A program made the position numbers and the translations under genes. A stretch of 33,207 nucleotides of DNA from an uncultured Bacteroidales bacterium (GTDB lineage Bacteria > Bacteroidota > Bacteroidia > Bacteroidales > UBA4417), in NCBI GenBank assembly GCA_903917425.1, contig CAIXAQ010000759.1:1-33207 (forward strand), in the 5' to 3' direction. Shown here in pieces: positions 1 to 9,525 of the stretch. The notes below the pieces were generated by a model. The model searched no databases, was not told the origin of the DNA, and saw only the letters and a program-made list of their open reading frames with translations. Position 1 is the first letter of the stretch. The number at the start of each line of letters is the position of its first letter.

Positions 1-1624
1 AGCTCACAGCATCCTCGTTCCAATCCCTTTTTGGATAAATGGATGCCAGTAATGCTATGGCTTGCAGGGTTTTACCCAATCCCATATCGTCAGCTAAAAT
101 TCCGCCAAAACCATTTTGCCGCAAGGCATTCATCCAGTAAAAGCCGGAAACCTGGTATTGCCTTAGGTTAACGTTTTGCAATGCTGGCAGGGCCAAAGAA
201 ACCGGAGAGGATAACGAATCCCTGATTTGCTGAATTTCGGGGATCTGGATTTCGGTAAGCAGGCTAAAAAGGTGTTTGTGAGTGCGGAATGCCCCTTTAT
301 GTTCCCTGGCATGCAGCATAATATCCTGAAACCTCGAAAACCATTCATCCGGCAGAATTACAATTTCACCGGTAGGCAATTCGTATTCCTTTATGTTATT
401 GATAATGTGATTTTTAAATTTTATAAAAGGAATTTCAAAATCGTTTAAAATTACAATGCCATATATATCGAACCAATCCAGCCCGGTCTGCACCGTAAGG
501 TTCAAAACCGGAATTTCTAACAGGAATTTTATATTAGCGGGTTGAATTATACTAAATCCATGCAGCGAAAGATCCGAACGGTTCCATGCCAGCCATTCAA
601 TCAGCCGATACGCATTGTGCAAGGAGGTTGCATTTTCATTTACCAGGAAGGTGGCTTCTACCTGTTTCAGGTTACGCGATTTCAAAAAAGCTATCTGTGC
701 AGCTTCCAGGGTGTGTTGCCGTTTGAAACGGTTAAAGACAAAACCGTTTTCATCAGCAAGTAAAGCGGTGAATGTTTTTTGAGGGTTGTTAGCCAAAACC
801 ACTTTTTCACCATAACGGAAACTAAGCACCAACACTATCCGGCCCTGCCAATCCACTTCGAGCGAAAGGATGGCTTCAGGTTCAAACTTCAGGTCTTTGA
901 TCAGAAAACCTTCGGCCTCGATATCGCAACGGTTGGCAATTTTACGTATAAAGGTGCTGAAGTACTGATATTCCATGCGTTTCGGAATATCGATGAAATC
1001 CTTGTTCCTGAATGGCAAAAGGAGTTTCCCGCTGATATTTTCGTTGAACCTCACCAGTTTGTTACCGGCTAAATACCAGCACGGATCGTTTACAATGACT
1101 TTATTTCCCGGATCATTTAACACTATTTCCTCATTGGCATGAAAGGCACGTAGTTTATAGTGTGTGCCCGCTTCGGTGCGGGTAAATTTTAACGTGGCAG
1201 TCGGCCTTTCCTCTTCGATAAAAATCTGATCCTCGGGATACAGGTTTGTACTATCGTTACCCTGGTATAAAAAGATGTTGTTCTGAAGCAGTATTTCTAT
1301 AATTTTTGATAGTTTCCGTTCTATAAACGGGCGGATCATATCATCGAGAAGTTTCTTGTCAAGGGTGGCGAAGAATTCTTTCAGCACCTGCTTTTTCTTC
1401 GAAAATTGCTTCATGATCGCCTGGTTCGAAAAGCTCTCGCTCAGGCTGCAAATTTCGGTTTCGGCACTGCTAATTTCGGGATAGCTGTGGATATTGAGTG
1501 CTGTTAACCTTTCGTGAACCGTGATAAAAGCATCGTTATCTTTGAAACAGGAGTACGGCAATATTACATATCCAATTGGTTTGGTGTATGTTAATATGGC
1601 AATAATATGTTTTTGTGTGCTCAT
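1..1624 (-). CDS. SNF2-family helicase, N-terminal part (partial, continues past the left edge)
   Basis: Hand translation of the minus strand from the ATG (reverse complement of cat at 1622-1624) stays open to position 1 (541 codons). It starts [16 protein letters not shown]. Near the edge it reads [44 protein letters not shown], which is SNF2 motif I/Ia. The ORF track misses it because it has no stop inside the window. The + strand ORFs at 227-1072 are its shadows. Confidence 0.85.
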   Translation of the reverse strand, partial: MSTQKHIIAILTYTKPIGYVILPYSCFKDNDAFITVHERLTALNIHSYPEISSAETEICSLSESFSNQAIMKQFSKKKQVLKEFFATLDKKLLDDMIRPFIERKLSKIIEILLQNNIFLYQGNDSTNLYPEDQIFIEEERPTATLKFTRTEAGTHYKLRAFHANEEIVLNDPGNKVIVNDPCWYLAGNKLVRFNENISGKLLLPFRNKDFIDIPKRMEYQYFSTFIRKIANRCDIEAEGFLIKDLKFEPEAILSLEVDWQGRIVLVLSFRYGEKVVLANNPQKTFTALLADENGFVFNRFKRQHTLEAAQIAFLKSRNLKQVEATFLVNENATSLHNAYRLIEWLAWNRSDLSLHGFSIIQPANIKFLLEIPVLNLTVQTGLDWFDIYGIVILNDFEIPFIKFKNHIINNIKEYELPTGEIVILPDEWFSRFQDIMLHAREHKGAFRTHKHLFSLLTEIQIPEIQQIRDSLSSPVSLALPALQNVNLRQYQVSGFYWMNALRQNGFGGILADDMGLGKTLQAIALLASIYPKRDWNEDAVS

Positions 1625-1756
1625 CAGCTTTTTTATCGTGCCATTTTCCCGGTTATGGCTTTCAGCGATTAATTGAATGCAAAGGTAAGGGGATTATAAT
1701 CGATGTTGGATTTAAAACGAGGGAAGGAATGGCAATTAGGCCTAAATGGATTCAAT

Positions 1757-1785
1757 AAAAAAAGCCGGCTTTTTAAACCGGCTTT
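1757..1785 (-). terminator. Rho-independent terminator downstream of the SusD-like gene
   Basis: On the minus strand aaagccgg (1785-1778) pairs perfectly with ccggcttt (1768-1761) across a 9-nt loop, followed by a T7 run (A-run 1757-1763 on +). It lies 24 nt after the SusD-like stop. Confidence 0.65.
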
Positions 1786-1808
1786 CTAAAAAAGAATCTG
1801 GTAAAAGT

Positions 1809-3155
1809 TTAGTATCCTTCGTTCTGCTGATCTTTTATAGCTGGGTTGGCAGCTATTTCCCTGGCTGGTATTGGATAAACCAGTTTCGGATCGTTGTATG
1901 GCAACGAACCTACACTCTGTTTCAACCTTTTCATATCATGAAGCTTAAATCCTTCATGAGCCAGTTCAAGCCTTCTTTCGTAAAGAATATCATCGAGTGT
2001 TACCGTAGTTGCAGCAGGCAAACCGGCTCTTTCGTGAATCATATTGTAATCACTCAGAGGTGTTGCGCCAACAGAAGTACCAAGTCTCTGATTGCACTCG
2101 GCCCTTACCAGGTACATTTCGGCTAAACGGAATAAGTTAACGAGACCATACATGGTATTCCATTTCCCGGAACGCATGGCATCATTTCCATTCCGGAAAA
2201 GGGCGAGACGTTCGTCATTTTCATCATATAAATTGAGATGACCATCCAATATTTCAATATCTCCATCTCTTCCGCCATACTCGGTGGTTGACCAGAATTC
2301 CGTCATCTGGTTAATACCGTCGGCAGCAATAAATTTGGTTGCAAAAATGTCCTCCGATGAGTATTCCTCATTATTAAAAGCCTTTGCATATGTGCTGGTA
2401 AGCGCATACAAGCCTGAGCCTAATACGAGGTTGGCGGCATCGCGCGATTTGGCATAGTCGCCTTTTTGGAGGTAAACACGTGCAAGCAGAGCATTAGCCG
2501 CACCGGAGGTTGCATAGTACCCATTTTCATCAGGAAGTATGGAGACAGCCCTGTTTAGATCGGTTATAACCTTTGCATAAACTTCGTCAACGGTGTTGCG
2601 TCCGACATTATTTGTAACACTAATCTGACTTGTAGGTGTAAGTACCAGTGGAACACCATATTGAGTATTTGATACACCGGGCTCGTACATTTTTGCATAA
2701 AAACGTACCAGGTCGAAATACATCATGCTGCGAAGGAATAAAGCTTCGCCTTCCACTCTGCCACGGTCTTCTTCCACTACTGTATCAATGGCAGAAAGAA
2801 CGTTGTTACAAATATTTATACAGTCATAACTGTTCAGCCATTGACTGGTAATATCGCCATTGGCAGCAATAATCTGGTGATTATAAATTTCGCGTGGGCC
2901 GTTGTAGGTTCCCTGCCATGAAATTTCATCGGTTCCGCCTGAAAGTTCAGAATTGCGAAGTATGCAGCCTCCATAAATAGCACTGTACCTCATGGACCGG
3001 TATGCGCCAACCAGTACTGATTTAACATTGGCATCGGTGCTTAACGCATCATTGGTTTCGAGCTCCTGTTGCGGTTTCAGATCGAGGAATTTCTCACACG
3101 AACTGACCAGAACCAGTATCGAGAAAAGGGTAATTATTGAATATATCTTTTTCAT
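1809..3155 (-). CDS. SusD/RagB-family outer-membrane nutrient-binding lipoprotein
   Basis: 448-aa ORF. It has a lipoprotein signal MKKIYSIITLFSILVLVSSC followed by EKFLDLKPQ, the typical start of mature SusD. It sits 21 nt downstream of a SusC-type gene on the same strand. Confidence 0.9.
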   Translation of the reverse strand: MKKIYSIITLFSILVLVSSCEKFLDLKPQQELETNDALSTDANVKSVLVGAYRSMRYSAIYGGCILRNSELSGGTDEISWQGTYNGPREIYNHQIIAANGDITSQWLNSYDCINICNNVLSAIDTVVEEDRGRVEGEALFLRSMMYFDLVRFYAKMYEPGVSNTQYGVPLVLTPTSQISVTNNVGRNTVDEVYAKVITDLNRAVSILPDENGYYATSGAANALLARVYLQKGDYAKSRDAANLVLGSGLYALTSTYAKAFNNEEYSSEDIFATKFIAADGINQMTEFWSTTEYGGRDGDIEILDGHLNLYDENDERLALFRNGNDAMRSGKWNTMYGLVNLFRLAEMYLVRAECNQRLGTSVGATPLSDYNMIHERAGLPAATTVTLDDILYERRLELAHEGFKLHDMKRLKQSVGSLPYNDPKLVYPIPAREIAANPAIKDQQNEGY

Positions 3156-3176
3156 AATGTATGTATCTTTTAGTGA

Positions 3177-6100
3177 TTATAACCCCAGGTTAATTCCAAA
3201 TGTGATGGATCGTGGTTGAGGAGCTGAATAAAAATCAACACCTGATGTCACGTTGTCAACGGCAAAGTCGGTCGAAACCTCGGGATCCCAGCCGATATAC
3301 TTGGTGAAAGTTAGTAGATTTTGCCCTTGTACATATAATCGTATGTTGCTGAATTTTGCTTTTTTAGCAATCTCTTGCGGGATGGTATATGCGAGTGTGA
3401 ATGAACGCAGTTTCAGGTAAGCGCCATCGGATAAATACCGGCTGCTGCGACTGGGATCGCCGTTGCTGTAACCCAGGCGTGCCTGCGGAACATTGGTGAT
3501 ATCGCCCGGTTTTTTCCAGCTGTTCAGCTGATCTGTTGTCTGATTGTCGTACCAGGCAGCATTGGCAGCCATATAAGTATCGCCCGACAGGTGAATCTGA
3601 TTGCCGGTTACACCCTGGAAGGTGAAAGCCAGTTCAAAACCTTTAAAATCAAAGGTATTGGTTAGCGCATACATTTTATCGGGAGTCGGATGCCCCAGGA
3701 TGATAAAATTAGCCGAACCAAAATCGTTGGTGGTAGCTAATGGATCAACAATATTTCCATTGGCATCCTTTTCATTCACGTAATACAAAGCATCCCCATT
3801 TGCAGGATCAACACCGGCATAGGCAGCCCCATAGAAAGCGCCTAAGGGTTCGCCCACTTTCACCACGTTCATAAAGCGCGAACTGCCTGCATCAATTATA
3901 TCCTGACCGCCAAGATCTGTAACCGTGTTTTTGTTTATCGAATAGTTTAACGAGATATCCCATTTAAAATCACCCGGAAGGACGGTCGCGTTCAGTACAA
4001 ATTCAAAACCTTTATTTTCGACAGAACCTATATTCTGGGTCTGAACACTGAACCCAGAGGTGCCGGGTACAGGTACATCCAACAGCAGGTCTTCTGTTTT
4101 CTTCACGTAATAGTCAATTTCGCCGGAAATACGATTTTTGAGAAGTCCGAAGTCAACGCCAAAATCGATTTGTTTTGTGTTTTCCCAGCCTAAATTTTCG
4201 TTGGCAATTTGGGTAGGAGCAAGTCCGGGTTCTCCGTTATAAGGTGTAACACCGAATAAACCCAGGTGTCGGAAATTTCCTATGCCGGCATTTCCGGTTA
4301 AACCGTAGCTGGTTCTCAATTTCAGGAAACTGAAGGTGTTATTGTTCGACAGAAAGTCCTCTTTTGTAAGTATCCATCCTGCTGAAATTGCAGGAAAAAA
4401 TCCGGTGCGGTTATTGGACCCAAAACGCGAAGATTCATCGATACGCCCTGCTACCGTAAACAGGTATTTGCTCTTGTAATCAAGAGTGGCTCTCGAAAAG
4501 TAGGATAGGAAAGCATATTCGGTCACGGTTTGAGTACCATCGGTAATCATACCGGCACTGGCTAATGTCTTTAAGTCGTCAGTTGGGAAATTCTGTCCAT
4601 CCACCCAGGTATTATCCACCAGGGTTTTCTGAAACTCAGTTCCTAAAACTGCACTTAGCCCGAAATCGCTGAAGTTTGTCAGGTAATCGAGATAGGATTT
4701 TGTAATGAGGTTTTGTGTTTGCCCGTAGTTCGAAAAACCATACCCGTTAATACCTATTCCGGCATCGGTGCGTACACCGTAACGGCTGTTTTCCTTCAGG
4801 TTATAAAGGTCGTACCCAAATTCGTTTCTCCACTTCAGTCCTTTATACAATAAAAAATTCAGGTATCCATTTGTTACAGTCCTGGTTTCGAGTATTTCCC
4901 GCTGGGCATCTTCAACATCGATCAAAGGATTGTAATAAGTAGTGGTTGGAGTTCCATAAAGTTCTCCATTCAAATCCCTTACAGGGGTAATAGGCGACAA
5001 GGCTACCAGTTGCATGGGTGTCGAAAATGCATTGTCGGCGGATACCTGCTGTATATCGGTCCGCGCCAGACTCAATGTAAATCCGAGATCCATAAATTTA
5101 TTCACTTTATTGTCTACATTCAACCTGCCGCTAAAACGATCCAGGCCATTTCCGACAATGATACTCTGTTGCTTATTGTATGACAGGCTGGCAAAATATT
5201 TCAATTTCTCGCTGCCACCTGAGGCCGATAAATCAACCATCCGTAGCGAGCCTGTCTGAAATGCTTCCTTCTGCCAGTCGGTATTTACTTCTGAACCCAG
5301 GTATATGGGAGCTCCTGCCGGATCGGTATTTACAGGATCCAGTATGGCGGCCCATCCGCTATACCTTTTAAATCTTTTTTCTGCCGATTGAAGCCAGGAG
5401 CCTTGATAATCCGTAGTTGGATTATTGATCGGGTCATATCCTTCAAGCAGGTCGCTGTTGTACGCTGCCTCGCGGAAAGTAGCAACGTACTGTTCCGCAT
5501 TCATGAAATCACGCAAATGCGAAGGTTTGCTGGTGCCGTACTGGAAGTTAACATTCAGTTTTGTGTCGCCCGCCACTCCTTTCTTGGTGGTGATCAGGAT
5601 TACTCCGTTTGCACCTCTTGACCCGTAAATGGCGGTGGATGAGGCATCTTTCAGTACATCTATCGATTCGATATCGTTAAAATTTATACTTGTCAGCGGA
5701 TTGATCGGAGCACCTGATTGGTTAAGCGACTCGGTGGTCAAAGGAACTCCATCCACAATAAATAGAGGTTCGTTATTTGCCGTAATTGATGAAGAGCCGC
5801 GGATACGCATGCGGGTTGCACCGCTTACTTTACCGTTGTTGGCTTCGACAAAAACACCAGCGGTTTTTCCCTGCAACGCCTGTTGCACCGAGGGAACCGG
5901 AGTGTTTTTAACCAGTTCGCCGCTAACTTTCGAAATGTTACCGGTCACTTTCGACTTGATCTGCGTACCATAACCAACAACAACAATTTCGTCGAGGGTG
6001 GTGGCAACCGGAACTAATTTAACATCAATTACATTGGAAGTTCCGATGGCAACTTCCATCTTCTCCATACCCACGGAGCTGAATACCAGTGTTTTTGCAA

Positions 6101-6305
6101 TCGGAGGAACCGATAGCTGGAATTTTCCATCAATATCGGTTAATGCTCCCAGTGTAGGATTGTCCTTCACCATCACGGATACCCCGGGAATGGTAGAGCC
6201 ATCATCGGCCGATGTCACCACCCCCGATATTTGCCGGTTCTGTGCATTCGCCACCTGCACAAAAATGATGCACATCAGTGACAATAATAAGTAGATTTTT
6301 TTCAT
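3177..6305 (-). CDS. SusC/RagA-family TonB-dependent outer-membrane transporter
   Basis: 1042-aa ORF. It has a signal peptide ending ANAQ, a carboxypeptidase-regulatory-like domain (ISGVVTSADDGSTIPGVSVMVKDNP...DGKFQLSV), a plug region (IVVVGYGTQIKSKVTGNISKV) and long beta-barrel-type sequence. It pairs with the SusD-like gene. No N-terminal STN/anti-sigma signalling extension is visible. Confidence 0.92.
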   Translation of the reverse strand: MKKIYLLLSLMCIIFVQVANAQNRQISGVVTSADDGSTIPGVSVMVKDNPTLGALTDIDGKFQLSVPPIAKTLVFSSVGMEKMEVAIGTSNVIDVKLVPVATTLDEIVVVGYGTQIKSKVTGNISKVSGELVKNTPVPSVQQALQGKTAGVFVEANNGKVSGATRMRIRGSSSITANNEPLFIVDGVPLTTESLNQSGAPINPLTSINFNDIESIDVLKDASSTAIYGSRGANGVILITTKKGVAGDTKLNVNFQYGTSKPSHLRDFMNAEQYVATFREAAYNSDLLEGYDPINNPTTDYQGSWLQSAEKRFKRYSGWAAILDPVNTDPAGAPIYLGSEVNTDWQKEAFQTGSLRMVDLSASGGSEKLKYFASLSYNKQQSIIVGNGLDRFSGRLNVDNKVNKFMDLGFTLSLARTDIQQVSADNAFSTPMQLVALSPITPVRDLNGELYGTPTTTYYNPLIDVEDAQREILETRTVTNGYLNFLLYKGLKWRNEFGYDLYNLKENSRYGVRTDAGIGINGYGFSNYGQTQNLITKSYLDYLTNFSDFGLSAVLGTEFQKTLVDNTWVDGQNFPTDDLKTLASAGMITDGTQTVTEYAFLSYFSRATLDYKSKYLFTVAGRIDESSRFGSNNRTGFFPAISAGWILTKEDFLSNNNTFSFLKLRTSYGLTGNAGIGNFRHLGLFGVTPYNGEPGLAPTQIANENLGWENTKQIDFGVDFGLLKNRISGEIDYYVKKTEDLLLDVPVPGTSGFSVQTQNIGSVENKGFEFVLNATVLPGDFKWDISLNYSINKNTVTDLGGQDIIDAGSSRFMNVVKVGEPLGAFYGAAYAGVDPANGDALYYVNEKDANGNIVDPLATTNDFGSANFIILGHPTPDKMYALTNTFDFKGFELAFTFQGVTGNQIHLSGDTYMAANAAWYDNQTTDQLNSWKKPGDITNVPQARLGYSNGDPSRSSRYLSDGAYLKLRSFTLAYTIPQEIAKKAKFSNIRLYVQGQNLLTFTKYIGWDPEVSTDFAVDNVTSGVDFYSAPQPRSITFGINLGL

Positions 6306-6437
6306 AAGGTACTGGTTTTTGGGTTAGTTGTTGTTTGATAGGCAAATTGAGATTATCTTTAAACAATATTTAGCCTTGTTGATTACACTAAATTTGAATG
6401 ATTTTTTGTTTTTACAAACTGCGGACTTTTGGATTTT

Positions 6438-6445
6438 CAAATATA
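6438..6445 (-). promoter_or_regulatory. Candidate Bacteroidota -7 box (TAnnTTTG) for the SusC/SusD-like operon
   Basis: The minus strand reads TATATTTG, 133 nt upstream of the SusC-like ATG in the 303-nt divergent intergenic region. This is a motif match only. Confidence 0.25.
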
Positions 6446-6608
6446 TAAAGAAAGATGATAAAACAATTCGCTTTTATAATTATTTTCTAAAAAATCTTTT
6501 CTCTTTATCCGTGAGATAAAAAGGTTGGCAAATTCTTTTTTCTTTGAATAAACTCTTTACTTTTACTGGCTTGTTCCCAATCACAGTTTCACAAAATTCA
6601 AACGAACT

Positions 6609-8210
6609 ATGCTAAAAAATTTTAAAGTCCCTAATAATATCGTTATCGTTTTTTCGATAATTATCATTGCAGCCATTTTAACCTGGATTGTGCCCGGCGG
6701 TAAGTACGACCGACAGACCATTAAAGTAAATGGTGTGGAAAGGACGGTTATTGTGAACGATACTTATAAGAGTATCGACAGCCACCCGCAAACCTGGCAG
6801 GTTTTTGCCGCTTTCTACAAGGGATTTATCAATATGTCGCACATTATAGTTTTCATCCTGATGATTGGCGGCGCTTTTTGGATAATGAACGAAACCCGTT
6901 CCATCGATATTGGTATACTTTCCTTCCTCACTTTAACAAAGCGTTTCGAGAAATGGAAATTTATACGGTTTTTAGGCGTTGATAATATAATTATGACCTT
7001 TATTATGGTCATTTTCAGTGCATTCGGAGCAATTTTTGGAATGGCCGAAGAAACTCTGGCCTTCACCCTGATATTTGTACAACTTTCGATCCGTATGGGT
7101 TATGATTCGCTGGTTGGCATTGGATTATGTTATTTTGCGGCCCATGTCGGTTTTGCCGGTGCCATTCTCAACCCTTTTACAATCGGAATTGCTCAGGGTT
7201 TGTCGAGTGTCCCCCTTTTTACGGGTATTGAATACAGGGTGATCTGCTGGATAATTTTCACATTTATTTCAATTGTTTTTGTGCTCTGGTATGCCAAAAG
7301 GGTGAAAAAGAACCCTTCAAAATCCATCATGTTCAAGGAAGATGATTTCTGGCGTAAACGGAGCGAATCGGATATTGAAAAAATAGAGTTTTATACCCCA
7401 AAATCGGCATGGATTGTTGGTGGCGTGCTTACACTTATCATGGTAATTTATTCCTTCTACTTTCCTTCCACCGATTTAAAAGTTGGACTGAACATTGTTA
7501 AAGGCCCATTCCTGCCTGTTTTGACAGGACTTTTTGCCGTCATTAGTTTTTTTGCGCTTCGCAAATCCTTGCATTTCTTTGTTTTGAATATACTGGGGTT
7601 TACCATTTTCTACCTGATTCTTGGGGTTTTGGGCTACGACTGGTATATTATGGAAATTGCAGCTTTGTTCCTTGCAATGGGCGTGTTCACCGGGTTTGCA
7701 GCAGGCAAAAAGAATTCAGAAATCACCAAACTGTTTCAGGAGGGTGTTAAAGATATTGTTTCGGCAGCACTTGTAGTCGGCTTTGCCGGCGGTATAATTG
7801 CTATTTTAAACGATGGGCAAATTATTGATACCGTGCTTTTTTCGCTTTCCAATTCCCTCAGAGGTACTGGTCAGATTACGGCTATTACCATTATGTATGG
7901 GTTCCAGTCGTTACTTAACCTTATAATTACTTCAGGTTCCGCCAAAGCGGCATTGACTATCCCGATCATGGCGCAATTTTCCGATATTATCGGTCTTTCG
8001 CGTCAGGCAACCATTATGGCCTTTCAGTTTGGTGCAGGTATTACCGACATGATCGCTCCTACATCAGGTGTTTTGATTGGTGTATTAGGTATTGCCAAGG
8101 TTCCGTACGCCAAATGGGTGAAATTTGTAATCCCTTTTATGCTGTTCCTGGCTTTTATTGCCTGGCTCCTTTTAATACCTACTGTGACGATGAAACTAAA
8201 CGGATTTTAA
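6609..8210 (+). CDS. yfcC: YfcC-family (DcuC/C4-dicarboxylate-anaerobic-carrier superfamily) polytopic transporter
   Basis: 533-aa hydrophobic ORF. Blocks match E. coli YfcC as I recall it: IGGAFWIMNETRSIDIGI, FGMAEETLAF, GYDS, NPFTIGIAQG, RVKKNP, SGSAKAALTIPIMA and AFQFGAG..D.I.PTSG. Confidence 0.85.
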   Translation: MLKNFKVPNNIVIVFSIIIIAAILTWIVPGGKYDRQTIKVNGVERTVIVNDTYKSIDSHPQTWQVFAAFYKGFINMSHIIVFILMIGGAFWIMNETRSIDIGILSFLTLTKRFEKWKFIRFLGVDNIIMTFIMVIFSAFGAIFGMAEETLAFTLIFVQLSIRMGYDSLVGIGLCYFAAHVGFAGAILNPFTIGIAQGLSSVPLFTGIEYRVICWIIFTFISIVFVLWYAKRVKKNPSKSIMFKEDDFWRKRSESDIEKIEFYTPKSAWIVGGVLTLIMVIYSFYFPSTDLKVGLNIVKGPFLPVLTGLFAVISFFALRKSLHFFVLNILGFTIFYLILGVLGYDWYIMEIAALFLAMGVFTGFAAGKKNSEITKLFQEGVKDIVSAALVVGFAGGIIAILNDGQIIDTVLFSLSNSLRGTGQITAITIMYGFQSLLNLIITSGSAKAALTIPIMAQFSDIIGLSRQATIMAFQFGAGITDMIAPTSGVLIGVLGIAKVPYAKWVKFVIPFMLFLAFIAWLLLIPTVTMKLNGF

Positions 8211-8241
8211 TTTAGAGGCTGTTAGGTTTAGAGGCTGTTAG
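8211..8241. repeat. Perfect 15-nt direct repeat with a 1-nt spacer (TTTAGAGGCTGTTAG x2)
   Basis: 8211-8225 and 8227-8241 are identical. The repeat starts 1 nt after the yfcC stop codon. Confidence 0.9.
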
Positions 8242-8330
8242 TGAATCCAAAAATCGGATAAATCTTGTTTCAAAGCAAAAATGACATATAATCAAATCCC
8301 AAACCCTAAACCCTTGTTTTTTCCAAAAAT

Positions 8331-9194
8331 ATGAGATATAAACTTTTAACCGTTTTAGCTATTTTAGCAGCCATTCTGAATTTTTCATTCTTTGGCCTGG
8401 CACAAAAAGACCTTGCGAAACCCACTATTGGGCATCTTTTTATAATTGGTGGAGGTGAAAAAACCGATGGCCTGATGAAAGAGCTTTTAAAAGTTTCGGC
8501 GGTAGGCTCTGATGATTATGTGATTATACTTCCCATGTCGAGCGAAGACCCGGATAGTTCGGTTATTTTTGCGAAAGAGGATTTCGCTTCGGTTGGGATT
8601 ACAAAAGTGGCAGGATTTAACTTTACTGAAAATGGTCCCGTTACCCAATCGCGGATTGATTCAATGGTAAAGGCAAAACTGATTTTTATTACCGGGGGCG
8701 ACCAGACCCGGTTTATGAAAATTGTAGGCAGAGGACCCGTCTATAAAGCAATTCATGAAGCGTATGAAAAAGGGTCTACCATTGCCGGAACCAGCGCGGG
8801 AGCTGCTGTGATGAGTAAAAAAATGATTACCGGCAATAACCTCAAGCACCCTGATTATAGCGGCAAATTCCCTACTATTGAACCTCAGAACATCGAAGTT
8901 ACCGAAGGTCTTGGAATGGTAGAGAACCTGATAATCGACCAGCATTTTATCAAGCGTCAGCGCCTTAACCGGCTCATTTCGGTAGCTATCGAAAATCCTG
9001 ACGAAACTTGCATTGGAATTGACGAATCGACGGCTATTATTGTTTCGGGAAATAGTTTTACAGTCGCGGGCGAAAACCAAGTGATCGTTTTGCGCAACCC
9101 GGCTAAAAGCAAAAAAATTCAACATAACTTACTGGGCGCTAAAGGACTGCAAATTGATGTTTTACTCCCGGGCGAAACGTGGCTTGTAGAATAG
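8331..9194 (+). CDS. cphE: Peptidase S51, cyanophycinase-type, with Sec signal peptide (extracytoplasmic)
   Basis: 287-aa ORF with N-terminal signal MRYKLLTVLAILAAILNFSFFGLAQ. S51/cyanophycinase blocks are LFIIGGGE, IFITGGDQTRF and the nucleophile elbow GTSAGAAVM. The length fits cyanophycinase better than PepE. Confidence 0.75.
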   Translation: MRYKLLTVLAILAAILNFSFFGLAQKDLAKPTIGHLFIIGGGEKTDGLMKELLKVSAVGSDDYVIILPMSSEDPDSSVIFAKEDFASVGITKVAGFNFTENGPVTQSRIDSMVKAKLIFITGGDQTRFMKIVGRGPVYKAIHEAYEKGSTIAGTSAGAAVMSKKMITGNNLKHPDYSGKFPTIEPQNIEVTEGLGMVENLIIDQHFIKRQRLNRLISVAIENPDETCIGIDESTAIIVSGNSFTVAGENQVIVLRNPAKSKKIQHNLLGAKGLQIDVLLPGETWLVE

Positions 9195-9271
9195 TTACAG
9201 GAATAGTTGGATATTTGATACGATAGAGCGAAGGCAAAACTCACCCATGGGATATCTCCTTCGTTTAATAA

Positions 9272-9394
9272 CTCACCCCCGTCCCCTCTCTTTAAAAAGA
9301 GAGGGGGGCGCAATGAACTTAAATAGTTGTAAAATGACAAAATAACCTTATACTCCCCCCTCTCTTTCCTTCAAAGAGAGGGGACGGGGGTGAG
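9272..9394. repeat. Nested GC-rich palindromic element (two inverted copies of a ~37-nt hairpin unit)
   Basis: CTCACCCCCGTCCCCTCTC (9272-9290) is the exact reverse complement of 9376-9394. Each arm also carries its own local hairpin: CCCCTCTCT/AGAGAGGGG at 9283-9291/9298-9306, and CCCCTCTCTTT/AAAGAGAGGGG at 9357-9367/9373-9383. A T5 run follows at 9395-9399. Confidence 0.9.
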
Positions 9395-9525
9395 TTTTTC
9401 AAAACAATAAGCATTATAAATTAGTCTAATTCATAAGAAAAAAATTAAAAGAAAGGCAATCAACCTTTTTTGGCATTAACAATCTGACATCGCAAATCCG
9501 ACATCATACATCCTAACCCCACCCC

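Noticed and set aside
163-1072. Four short ORFs in the track (163-348 -, 227-448 +, 542-763 +, 779-1072 +) in a region otherwise shown as empty
   Set aside because: The whole region 1-1624 is one continuous minus-strand frame with an unmistakable SNF2 motif I. The listed ORFs are off-frame or antisense shadows. Two of them use non-ATG starts.
6328-6519. 63-aa ORF in the SusC/yfcC divergent region
   Set aside because: It begins with a non-ATG start, has AT-rich low-complexity translation, and sits where two divergent promoters are expected.
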